Positions 17,069 through 24,000 of a stretch of 24,000 bases of DNA are shown here, piece after piece. The stretch's first letter is position 1, and each line of letters starts with the position of its first letter. A model generated the notes under the pieces. It was not told the DNA's origin. It saw nothing but the letters and a program-made list of their open reading frames with translations, and did not search any database. This DNA is from Serratia fonticola (GTDB lineage: Bacteria > Pseudomonadota > Gammaproteobacteria > Enterobacterales > Enterobacteriaceae): the NCBI GenBank assembly GCA_006715025.1, contig VFMK01000001.1, positions 685,006 through 709,005 of the forward strand. Reading direction: 5' to 3'. The position numbers were made by a program, and so were the translations under genes.

Positions 17069-19474
17069 ATGTCACAGCCTATGCTCAAAAAGGACGTTTT
17101 TCTGGCTGCGCTGACTCGTCAGTGGCAGCGTTTTGGCCTCAGTTCCGCACAGCAGATGACTCAGCATCAATGGTGGGAAGCCGTGAGTGCGGCGCTTGCC
17201 GAGCAGTTGGCTGCGCAGCCTGCGCCGCGCAAAAGCAGCCAATCGTTGCGCCATGTGAACTACATTTCAATGGAGTTTCTCATTGGCCGCCTGACAGCCA
17301 ATAACTTGATCAACCTCGGCTGGTATGAGCTGGTTGAAACCGTGTTGGCAGAGCAAAATGTCAAACTGGCGGATTTGCTGGAACAGGAAACCGATCCGGC
17401 ATTGGGAAACGGGGGGCTGGGGCGTTTGGCTGCCTGTTTCCTGGATTCGATGGCGACGGTGGAACAACCGGCAACCGGTTATGGCCTGAATTATCAATAT
17501 GGGTTGTTCCGCCAATCGTTCAAAGAGGGGCATCAGCAGGAAGCGCCTGATAACTGGCGACGCGAGAGCTACCCATGGTTCCGCCATAATGCGGCGCTGG
17601 CGGTGGATGTCGGTATTGGCGGTAAGGTGGAAAAACTGAGCGATGGCCGTGAACTGTGGCATCCGGCATTTACCCTGCGTGGTGAAGCTTGGGATCTGCC
17701 GGTGCTCGGGTTCCGTAACGGGGTCACTCAGCCGCTACGGTTGTGGCAGGCAACACATTCTCATCCCTTCGATCTGGAGAATTTTAACGATGGTAAATTC
17801 CTACAGGCGGAAAAACAGGGTGTTGAAGCAGCCAAACTGACCAAGGTACTCTATCCAAATGACAACCATCAGGCAGGTAAACGCCTGCGCCTGATGCAGC
17901 AGTATTTCCAGTGTGCCTGCTCGGTCGCCGATATTCTGCGTAAGCACCACCAGGCTGGGCGCAAGATCGAAGATTTACCTCAATACGAAGTTATCCAACT
18001 GAATGACACTCACCCAACGATCGCCATTCCAGAGATGCTGCGTATTCTGCTCGATGAACATCAATTAGAGTGGGATGCCGCCTGGGCAATCACCAGCAAG
18101 ACCTTTGCCTATACCAACCATACGCTGATGCCAGAAGCATTGGAGTGCTGGGATGAAAAACTGGTGCGCAGCCTGCTGCCTCGCCATTTCTCAATTATCA
18201 AGCAGATCAATGCCAACTTTAAGAAACTGGTGGATAAGCACTGGCCGGGTGATAAGGCGGTCTGGGCTAAACTGGCGGTGCACCACAACAAACAGGTACG
18301 CATGGCGAACCTGTGCGTGGTCAGCGGTTTTGCGGTCAACGGTGTAGCACAGTTGCACTCGGATCTGGTGGTGAAAGACCTGTTCCCGGAATATCACCAA
18401 CTGTGGCCGAACAAGTTCCACAATGTCACCAACGGCATCACGCCACGGCGCTGGCTCAAACAGTGTAACCCAGCGTTGTCATCACTTATCGACACCACGC
18501 TGAAGGTGGAGTGGGCTAACGATCTTGATGCGTTGAAAGGCCTGGAAAACTATGCCGAAGATGCTGCATTCCGTCAGAAGTACCAGCAGATAAAACGCGA
18601 CAACAAGGTGATCCTGGCCAATTACGTTCACAGCGTAATGGGGTTGACGCTCAACCCGGATGCGATTTTTGACGTACAGATCAAACGTCTGCATGAGTAC
18701 AAACGCCAGCATTTGAATTTGCTGCATATTCTTTCACTGTATCGTCAACTGCGTGATAACCCGAATCTGGACATCGTGCCACGCGTGTTCCTGTTTGGGG
18801 CCAAAGCGGCGCCTGGCTATTACCTGGCGAAGAACATCATCTATGCGATTAACCAGGCTGCAGAGAAGATCAATAACGATCCGATCGTGAAAGATCGTCT
18901 TAAAGTGGTCTTTATTCCAGATTACCGCGTTTCCGTCGCTGAATTGATGATTCCGGCTGCCGATATCTCTGAACAGATTTCTACGGCCGGTAAAGAGGCT
19001 TCGGGCACCGGGAATATGAAACTGGCGTTGAACGGCGCGCTGACCGTGGGCACGTTGGATGGTGCTAACGTTGAGATCGCCGAGCAAGTGGGTGAAGACA
19101 ACATCTTTATCTTTGGTAACACGGTGGAGCAAGTTAAGGCATTGCTGGCCAAAGGCTATGATCCGCTGAGTTATCGCAAGAAAGACAAACACCTGAAAGC
19201 CATTCTGGACGAACTGGCCAGCGGTGCATTCAGCGATGGCGACAAGCACGCTTTCGACATGATGCTGCATAGTCTACTGGAAGGGGGCGATCCGTATCTG
19301 GTGCTGGCGGACTTTGCTTCTTACTGCGAAGCTCAACGGCAGGTAGATAAACTGTATCGAGACCGCGACGAATGGACGCGTCGTACTATCCTTAACACCG
19401 CGCGCGTGGGCATGTTCAGCTCGGATCGTTCGATCCGTGACTACCAGCAGCGCATCTGGCAAGCCAAGCGTTAA
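17069..19474 (+). CDS. malP: Maltodextrin phosphorylase
   Basis: 801 aa. The N-terminus MSQP...[11 protein letters not shown]... and [32 protein letters not shown], and [14 protein letters not shown] (PLP Lys) are present. It ends [14 protein letters not shown], collinear with recalled E. coli MalP (797 aa). It is divergent from malT. Confidence 0.96.
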   Translation: MSQPMLKKDVFLAALTRQWQRFGLSSAQQMTQHQWWEAVSAALAEQLAAQPAPRKSSQSLRHVNYISMEFLIGRLTANNLINLGWYELVETVLAEQNVKLADLLEQETDPALGNGGLGRLAACFLDSMATVEQPATGYGLNYQYGLFRQSFKEGHQQEAPDNWRRESYPWFRHNAALAVDVGIGGKVEKLSDGRELWHPAFTLRGEAWDLPVLGFRNGVTQPLRLWQATHSHPFDLENFNDGKFLQAEKQGVEAAKLTKVLYPNDNHQAGKRLRLMQQYFQCACSVADILRKHHQAGRKIEDLPQYEVIQLNDTHPTIAIPEMLRILLDEHQLEWDAAWAITSKTFAYTNHTLMPEALECWDEKLVRSLLPRHFSIIKQINANFKKLVDKHWPGDKAVWAKLAVHHNKQVRMANLCVVSGFAVNGVAQLHSDLVVKDLFPEYHQLWPNKFHNVTNGITPRRWLKQCNPALSSLIDTTLKVEWANDLDALKGLENYAEDAAFRQKYQQIKRDNKVILANYVHSVMGLTLNPDAIFDVQIKRLHEYKRQHLNLLHILSLYRQLRDNPNLDIVPRVFLFGAKAAPGYYLAKNIIYAINQAAEKINNDPIVKDRLKVVFIPDYRVSVAELMIPAADISEQISTAGKEASGTGNMKLALNGALTVGTLDGANVEIAEQVGEDNIFIFGNTVEQVKALLAKGYDPLSYRKKDKHLKAILDELASGAFSDGDKHAFDMMLHSLLEGGDPYLVLADFASYCEAQRQVDKLYRDRDEWTRRTILNTARVGMFSSDRSIRDYQQRIWQAKR

Positions 19475-19483
19475 GGAGAGCGA

Positions 19484-21564
19484 ATGAGTGAAGGTATCGA
19501 TCGGGTAGCGACCCAGGCGGGGATTGCTGCCGATTACATCAATGCCCATGGCAAACGGCAGGCTATTTCTCCGGAAACCAAGCGTAAGCTGTTGGCGGCA
19601 ATGAGTAGTACATCGTTGCGACCAGAAGCCACTCCTTTGCCGGTGGTGAAAGTGTTTTATCACGGTAGCCCAGCGGCGTTGGCGCTGGGGGGCAGTGGTG
19701 AATACCATTGGACGCTGTTGCGTGAGGATGGTGTCCAACAGGAAGGTCGTGCCGGTGCGTGTAAGACGTTGACCTTGCCGGGTAAATTGCCGTTGGGTTA
19801 TCACCAGCTTACCCTGACTCAGGGGGGGAGCAGTGGACATGCCGGCTGATCGTTGCGCCCAAACGTTGCTATGAACCGGATGCCCTGTTAACCGGAAAGA
19901 AGCTGTGGGGTGCCTGCGTGCAGCTTTACACTTTGCGTTCCGAGCGTAACTGGGGCATTGGCGATTTTGGTGATTTGCGCGTCATGATTGCTGAAGTTGG
20001 GGAGCGCGGAGGTGCATTTGTTGGGCTGAATCCGATTCATGCGCTGTACCCGGCCAGCCCGGAAAGTGCCAGCCCTTATAGCCCGTCTTCCCGACGGTGG
20101 TTAAACCTGGTGTATATCGATGTCAACGCCGTAGAGGATTTTCAACGCAGCCCGGCCGCACAAAAATGGTGGCAGAAGGCGGCAACGCAGAAGCGGTTAG
20201 CTCAAGCACGCAATAGCGACTGGGTGGATTACAGTACCGTCATGCAGTTGAAGTTGGCGGCGCTGAAACTGGCTTTTCCGCAGTTTGTGGCGCGTAAAGC
20301 GAACGACGAGCAGAAGCTGGCGTTTAACGACTTCGTCGGTGCCGGTGGGAGCAGTCTGTATCAGCAGGCGACATTCGATGCGTTACATGCCCATCTTTCT
20401 GTCAAAGAGAACGGCATTGAGGGCTGGACCACATGGCCGGAAGAGTATCGGCAGGGTAACGGCCCGGCAGTAGAAGCGTTCTGTAAGCAGCATACTGAAG
20501 AAATCACTTTCTACCTGTGGTTGCAATGGCTGGCAGCCCGCCAGTTTGCCGAGTGTTTTGACCAGAGTCAGGCGCTGCAGATGCCTATCGGCCTGTATCG
20601 CGATCTGGCTGTCGGTGTGGCAGAAGGCGGAGCAGAAACCTGGTGTGAACGCGATCTGTATTGTCTGCAAGCTTCGGTAGGCGCTCCGCCCGATATTCTC
20701 GGGCCGTTGGGGCAGAACTGGGGGTTGCCGCCGATGGATCCACATGTGATGGCAGCGCGGGGATACCAACCCTTTATCGACCTGTTGCGTGCCAATATGA
20801 GCAGTTGCGGTGCCTTACGTATCGACCACGTGATGTCATTACTGCGCCTGTGGTGGATCCCGCATGGTGAAACGGCCGATCACGGTGCTTATGTGAAATA
20901 CCCGGTTGACGATCTGTTGGCCCTGCTGGCGTTAGAGAGTCAACGCCATCACTGTATGGTGATTGGTGAGGATCTGGGCACCGTACCGGTGGAGATCGTG
21001 AGTAAGCTGCGTGACAGCGGAGTGTATTCTTATAAGGTGCTGTATTTTGAGCACGATACGGAGAATCAGTTTCGTGCACCACAGTCTTACCCGGTGCAGG
21101 CAATGGCGACCATCACGACTCACGATCTGCCGACACTGCGCGGTTATTGGCAAAGTGGCGATTTGGCACTTGGCAAAAAACTGGGCTTATATCCGGATGC
21201 GGAAGTGCTGAAATCGTTATTTGCTGACCGTGAGCGTGCCAAGCAAGGTTTACTCGATGGATTGCACCGTTATGGCTGTGTACCACAAAAGGTTGGCAAG
21301 AAGGCTGCGTTGCTGAATATGAGCCCGCCGCTCAACCGCGGCCTGCAGCGCTACGTGGCGGATAGCGCCAGCGCATTGCTGGGGCTGCAGCCGGAAGATT
21401 GGCTGGATATGGCAGAACCGGTCAATATTCCAGGGACCAGCGATCAATATCCCAACTGGCGGCGCAAGCTGAGCCGACCTCTGGAAGAGATGTTCAGCGA
21501 TCAGCAGGTGAATCGTTTACTGAAGGATTTGGATAAACGGCGTAGAAAAGTGTCGGCAGGGTAG
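19484..21564 (+). pseudogene. malQ: 4-alpha-glucanotransferase (amylomaltase) interrupted by a frameshift at a G7 run, as the sequence is given
   Basis: Two ORFs in different frames cover one MalQ. ORF 19484..19849 gives the N-terminal 121 aa (YINAHGK, GSGEY, LPLGYHQLTLTQ). ORF 19918..21564, open in its frame from 19786, gives CRLIVAPKRCYEP...LYTLRSERNWGIGDFGDL...LRIDHVMSL...PNWRRKL. The switch point is ggggggg at 19822-19828, and one added G gives a 693-codon gene. Confidence 0.85.
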
Positions 21565-21574
21565 CATTGTTATA

Positions 21575-21596
21575 AGAGCCTATGGGGATAGGCTCT
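21575..21596. terminator. Hairpin after malQ; weak or non-canonical terminator candidate
   Basis: Perfect 9-bp stem agagcctat/ataggctct with loop gggg, 11 nt after the malQ TAG. It is followed by aaatatat rather than a T-run. Confidence 0.35.
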
Positions 21597-21601
21597 AAAT
21601 A

Positions 21602-21745
21602 TATCCCCTAAAGAGTTCGAGTTGCTGGCCCACATTTGGGCCGAGTAACGCGGCGACGCAGCGCTTCCCCAGGAGCAGAGTTCACTATGTGACTGGGGTA
21701 AGCGCAGGCAGCCAACAACGCTGCAACGTCAAGTAAGAAGGGTAT
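21602..21745. repeat. ERIC (enterobacterial repetitive intergenic consensus / IRU) element
   Basis: It contains ttCCCCAGGAGC (21665-21676), matching the complement of the ERIC1R primer region. It also contains atGTGACTGGGGTaAGCG (21687-21704), matching the ERIC2 primer AAGTAAGTGACTGGGGTGAGCG. The terminal inverted arms tatcccctaaagagttcgagttgc... and ...gcaacgtcaagtaagaagggtat resemble ERIC ends. Confidence 0.8.
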
Positions 21746-22320
21746 CAGTAGTAGGAATGCTCGCCGCGCTGATGCTCGGTGAGATCACGCACCCCTTTCA
21801 GCTCAGGGAACTTCTGCAACAGCTCTTTCTCGATCCCTTCCTTCAGCGTAACGTCAACCATGGAGCAACCGTTGCAACCGCCGCCAAACTGCAAGATGGC
21901 CAGCCCGTCTTCGGTAATTTCCATTAACGTCACACGGCCACCGTGGCCAGCCAGCTGTGGGTTGATCTGCGATTGCAGTACGTATTCTACGCGTTCCATC
22001 AGCGGCGCATTCTCGTCCACTTTACGCATTTTGGCGTTAGGGGCTTTCAGCGTCAGCTGCGAGCCGAGCTGATCGGTGACGAAGTCGATTTCGGCATCTT
22101 CCAGATAAGGCGCGCTCAGTTCGTCAACGTAAGCGGACAGTTTTTCGAACTTGAGTTCGGTATCTGTGGCTTCCACCGCATCTGGCGGACAATAAGAGAC
22201 ACCGCATTCAGCCGTCGGCGTACCTGGGTTGATCACGAATACACGGATTTGGGTGCCTTCTTCCTGGCTTGCCAGCAGTTTGGCAAAGTGTTCCTGTGCA
22301 GCATCTGTTATACGAATCAT
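21745..22320 (-). CDS. nfuA: Fe/S cluster biogenesis protein NfuA
   Basis: 191 aa. [46 protein letters not shown]...[24 protein letters not shown]...[12 protein letters not shown] is near-identical to recalled E. coli NfuA (GntY, 191 aa). Confidence 0.96.
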   Translation of the reverse strand: MIRITDAAQEHFAKLLASQEEGTQIRVFVINPGTPTAECGVSYCPPDAVEATDTELKFEKLSAYVDELSAPYLEDAEIDFVTDQLGSQLTLKAPNAKMRKVDENAPLMERVEYVLQSQINPQLAGHGGRVTLMEITEDGLAILQFGGGCNGCSMVDVTLKEGIEKELLQKFPELKGVRDLTEHQRGEHSYY

Positions 22321-22378
22321 AGCATTAGCTCAATAGTTGACTTCTATAGTAGGTTATAATACGCCCATTGCCGTGGTA

Positions 22379-23062
22379 CTACAACGTGCGGCAGATACAC
22401 CATATCTGCAATGATGCGACGCCTTGCTTCTGTAATAGTGTAGCGATTTCCGCCACCGTACTGCCAGTGGTAACCACATCATCCAGCAGAGCGACATGCC
22501 GCCCCGTCAGGTTTTCATCACAACGGAAAGCACCGCGCAGATTACGCCGTCTCAGGCGAGCTATTAATTGCTGCTGCGGCGACGTCACCCTGATCCGGCG
22601 CAATGCGTTGGGGTGATATTCGCAACCCAGCCAGCGGGCGAGAGGCCGGGCCAACAGATCGCTTTGGTTGTAGCCACGCTGCCAACAACGTTGAGCCTGT
22701 AAGGGTACCGCTAAAATGATCTCAGGTCTGTTCAGATGTTGCTCTCGGTGAGCCTGTAACCAGTGCAGAAGGAGCAGGCGAGCCAGTGTGGGAGCCAGCA
22801 TCGGCGTTCGCTGGAATTTGAACCTTTTTATCAGGGTACTGAGCGGCGGACGATAGTCGGTGGCGAAAACCAGCGCTTGCCAAGGGGGCGGTTTCTGCAG
22901 GCACCGGCCACACGGTTGATGAGGATCCCCACTGGGCAGACCGCAGCGTGGGCAACACCCGGGTTTGCTGGGTAACGTGCGCAGGCAGTAGCTGCATATT
23001 CCATGTCGTTGCAGTACTAATGGTTGTCGGCATAGCCAACAGCGGCTGTGGATTGGTAGCAT
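22379..23062 (-). CDS. gntX: ComF-family DNA utilisation protein / phosphoribosyltransferase-like GntX
   Basis: ORF 22379..23275 trimmed to the ATG at 23060-23062, with GAGGGGA upstream. The 227 aa start MLPIHSRCWLCRQPL, as in E. coli GntX (MLTVPGLCWLCRMPL, 227 aa). It has four Cys pairs (CWLC, CSYC, CPRC, CGRC) and the PRTase loop LLDDVVTTGSTVAEI. The longer ORF would overlap bioH. Confidence 0.9.
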   Translation of the reverse strand: MLPIHSRCWLCRQPLVLQRHGICSYCLRTLPSKPGCCPRCGLPSGDPHQPCGRCLQKPPPWQALVFATDYRPPLSTLIKRFKFQRTPMLAPTLARLLLLHWLQAHREQHLNRPEIILAVPLQAQRCWQRGYNQSDLLARPLARWLGCEYHPNALRRIRVTSPQQQLIARLRRRNLRGAFRCDENLTGRHVALLDDVVTTGSTVAEIATLLQKQGVASLQIWCICRTL

Positions 23063-23094
23063 AGCTTCCCCTCGTTTTTGAAGGACAATAACTG

Positions 23095-23862
23095 ATGACT
23101 GGGCTTTATTGGCAAACAATAGGTGAAGGCGATCGCGATCTTGTGCTGCTGCACGGATGGGGGCTGAATGCTGAAGTGTGGGGTTGCATGGTGGAGCGAT
23201 TGGCCCCGCATTTCCGTCTGCATCTGGTGGACCTGCCTGGTTATGGGCGCAGCCAGGAGTATGGTGCTCTCTCATTGCAACAGATGGCAGAGATCCTACT
23301 GGCTGCAGCTCCTCCGCGGGCCTACTGGCTCGGCTGGTCCCTCGGTGGTCTGGTAGCCGGGCAAATCGCTCTCATGCAACCAGAACGGGTTACAGGGCTG
23401 ATTACCGTGGCTTCTTCGCCCTGTTTTACTGAACAGGGGACGTGGCCTGGGATCCGCCAGGAGGTGTTGAGCGGTTTTCAGCAGCAACTGAGTCAGGATT
23501 TCCAGCGTACCGTAGAGCGTTTCCTGGCGTTACAGACGTTGGGGACCGAGAGCGCCCGGCAGGATGCCCGCCAGTTGAAAACCGTGGTGCTCAACCAACC
23601 GATACCAAGCGTTGAAGTGCTTAATGGTGGGCTGGGGATGTTACGTACGGTAGACCAGCGCCAGCAACTGACGACGCTAACGATGCCAGTGTTACGTATT
23701 TATGGCTATCTTGACGGGCTGGTACCGCGCAAGGTGGCCACCCTGTTGGATGAGCTGTGGCCAGACTCTTCATCCGTGGTGATGCCAAAAGCCGCCCACG
23801 CGCCTTTCATTTCTCACCCAGAACAATTCGCCAGCATTATTAATCAATTTGCTCCAGCCTAG
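23095..23862 (+). CDS. bioH: Pimeloyl-[ACP] methyl ester carboxylesterase (biotin synthesis)
   Basis: 255 aa. It has [14 protein letters not shown], the nucleophile elbow [31 protein letters not shown] and [10 protein letters not shown], collinear with recalled E. coli BioH (256 aa). It is divergent from gntX with a 32-bp spacer. Confidence 0.94.
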   Translation: MTGLYWQTIGEGDRDLVLLHGWGLNAEVWGCMVERLAPHFRLHLVDLPGYGRSQEYGALSLQQMAEILLAAAPPRAYWLGWSLGGLVAGQIALMQPERVTGLITVASSPCFTEQGTWPGIRQEVLSGFQQQLSQDFQRTVERFLALQTLGTESARQDARQLKTVVLNQPIPSVEVLNGGLGMLRTVDQRQQLTTLTMPVLRIYGYLDGLVPRKVATLLDELWPDSSSVVMPKAAHAPFISHPEQFASIINQFAPA

Positions 23863-24000
23863 CCAGGGCGCGGTTTCGCATAGATATCATGTTGATTCAA
23901 GGCAATAAAAGCACAAAAGAGCGCTAAAAAACGGTCTAATGAGTGGATAAAAATGAAACCTGTTCAATACTTGAAGAGGTAAATACGTGGCTGAAAAGTG

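Noticed and set aside
16783-17304. ORFs 16783..16983 (66 aa) and 16996..17304 (102 aa) in or overlapping the malT-malP spacer.
   Set aside because: The first ends inside the MalT-box cluster and has no ribosome-binding site or recognisable motif. The second starts inside a MalT box and overlaps malP out of frame. They are best explained as chance ORFs in regulatory DNA.
19822-19849. Programmed -1 ribosomal frameshifting at G_GGG_GGG as the normal way malQ is expressed.
   Set aside because: It is formally possible, since the shift lands in the right frame. However, malQ is a single uninterrupted ORF in E. coli as far as I recall. I see no stimulatory pseudoknot, stem-loop or internal Shine-Dalgarno sequence. 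A one-base homopolymer miscount is a far more common cause. It is kept only as a minor alternative inside the malQ finding.
22337-22360. Plus-strand TTGACT ... TATAAT pair in the nfuA-gntX spacer that looks like a strong promoter.
   Set aside because: The spacer between the hexamers is only 12 nt, far from the 16-18 nt needed. There is also no plus-strand gene downstream, because it points into antisense gntX.
23987-24000. Possible gene start: GTG at 23987 with AAGAGG 7 nt upstream, at the right edge of the window.
   Set aside because: Only 14 nt of reading frame are visible, which is too little to support any call.
1-24000. Search for tRNA or rRNA genes, CRISPR arrays, IS elements, transposases, integrases, toxin-antitoxin pairs or defence-system-like operons.
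   Set aside because: Every long ORF is accounted for by a recognisable housekeeping or catabolic gene. Intergenic regions are short (at most 550 bp) and are explained by promoters, REP/ERIC repeats or hairpins. No direct-repeat/spacer periodicity or cloverleaf-like sequence was seen.

Overview
No convincing novel multi-gene system is visible. This looks like an ordinary, syntenic Enterobacterales chromosomal segment for glycogen, glycerol-3-phosphate, L-ascorbate and maltodextrin metabolism. Gene order: glgP (3' part, +), glpD (-), glpR-glpG-glpE (-), a small autotransporter-type beta-barrel gene (-), ulaR (-), ulaG (-), divergent ulaABCDEF (+), malT (-), divergent malP-malQ (+), an ERIC repeat, nfuA (-), gntX (-), divergent bioH (+). 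Gene calls rest on recalled similarity to E. coli K-12 proteins plus motifs read in the ORF translations; no searches were run. Several ORF-track starts were trimmed to homologous start codons (glpD, ulaA, malT, gntX). I found no tRNA, rRNA, CRISPR, IS/transposase, integrase, prophage or defence-like genes. Most worth a second look: (1) malQ is split by a frameshift inside a G7 homopolymer, and one extra G restores a full-length protein. (2) A 325-aa autotransporter has a signal peptide, linker helix and barrel but essentially no passenger, and sits behind a very AT-rich upstream region. (3) Two roughly 40-bp repeats of 10-bp-phased TGTGATT/AATCA heptamers lie in the ulaG/ulaA control region and are likely UlaR operators, with a partial third copy upstream of ulaR. 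(4) The locus differs from E. coli K-12: glpEGR is inverted, the ula regulon sits where rtc is, and gntT is absent. REP-like and ERIC repeats lie at or near the junctions.
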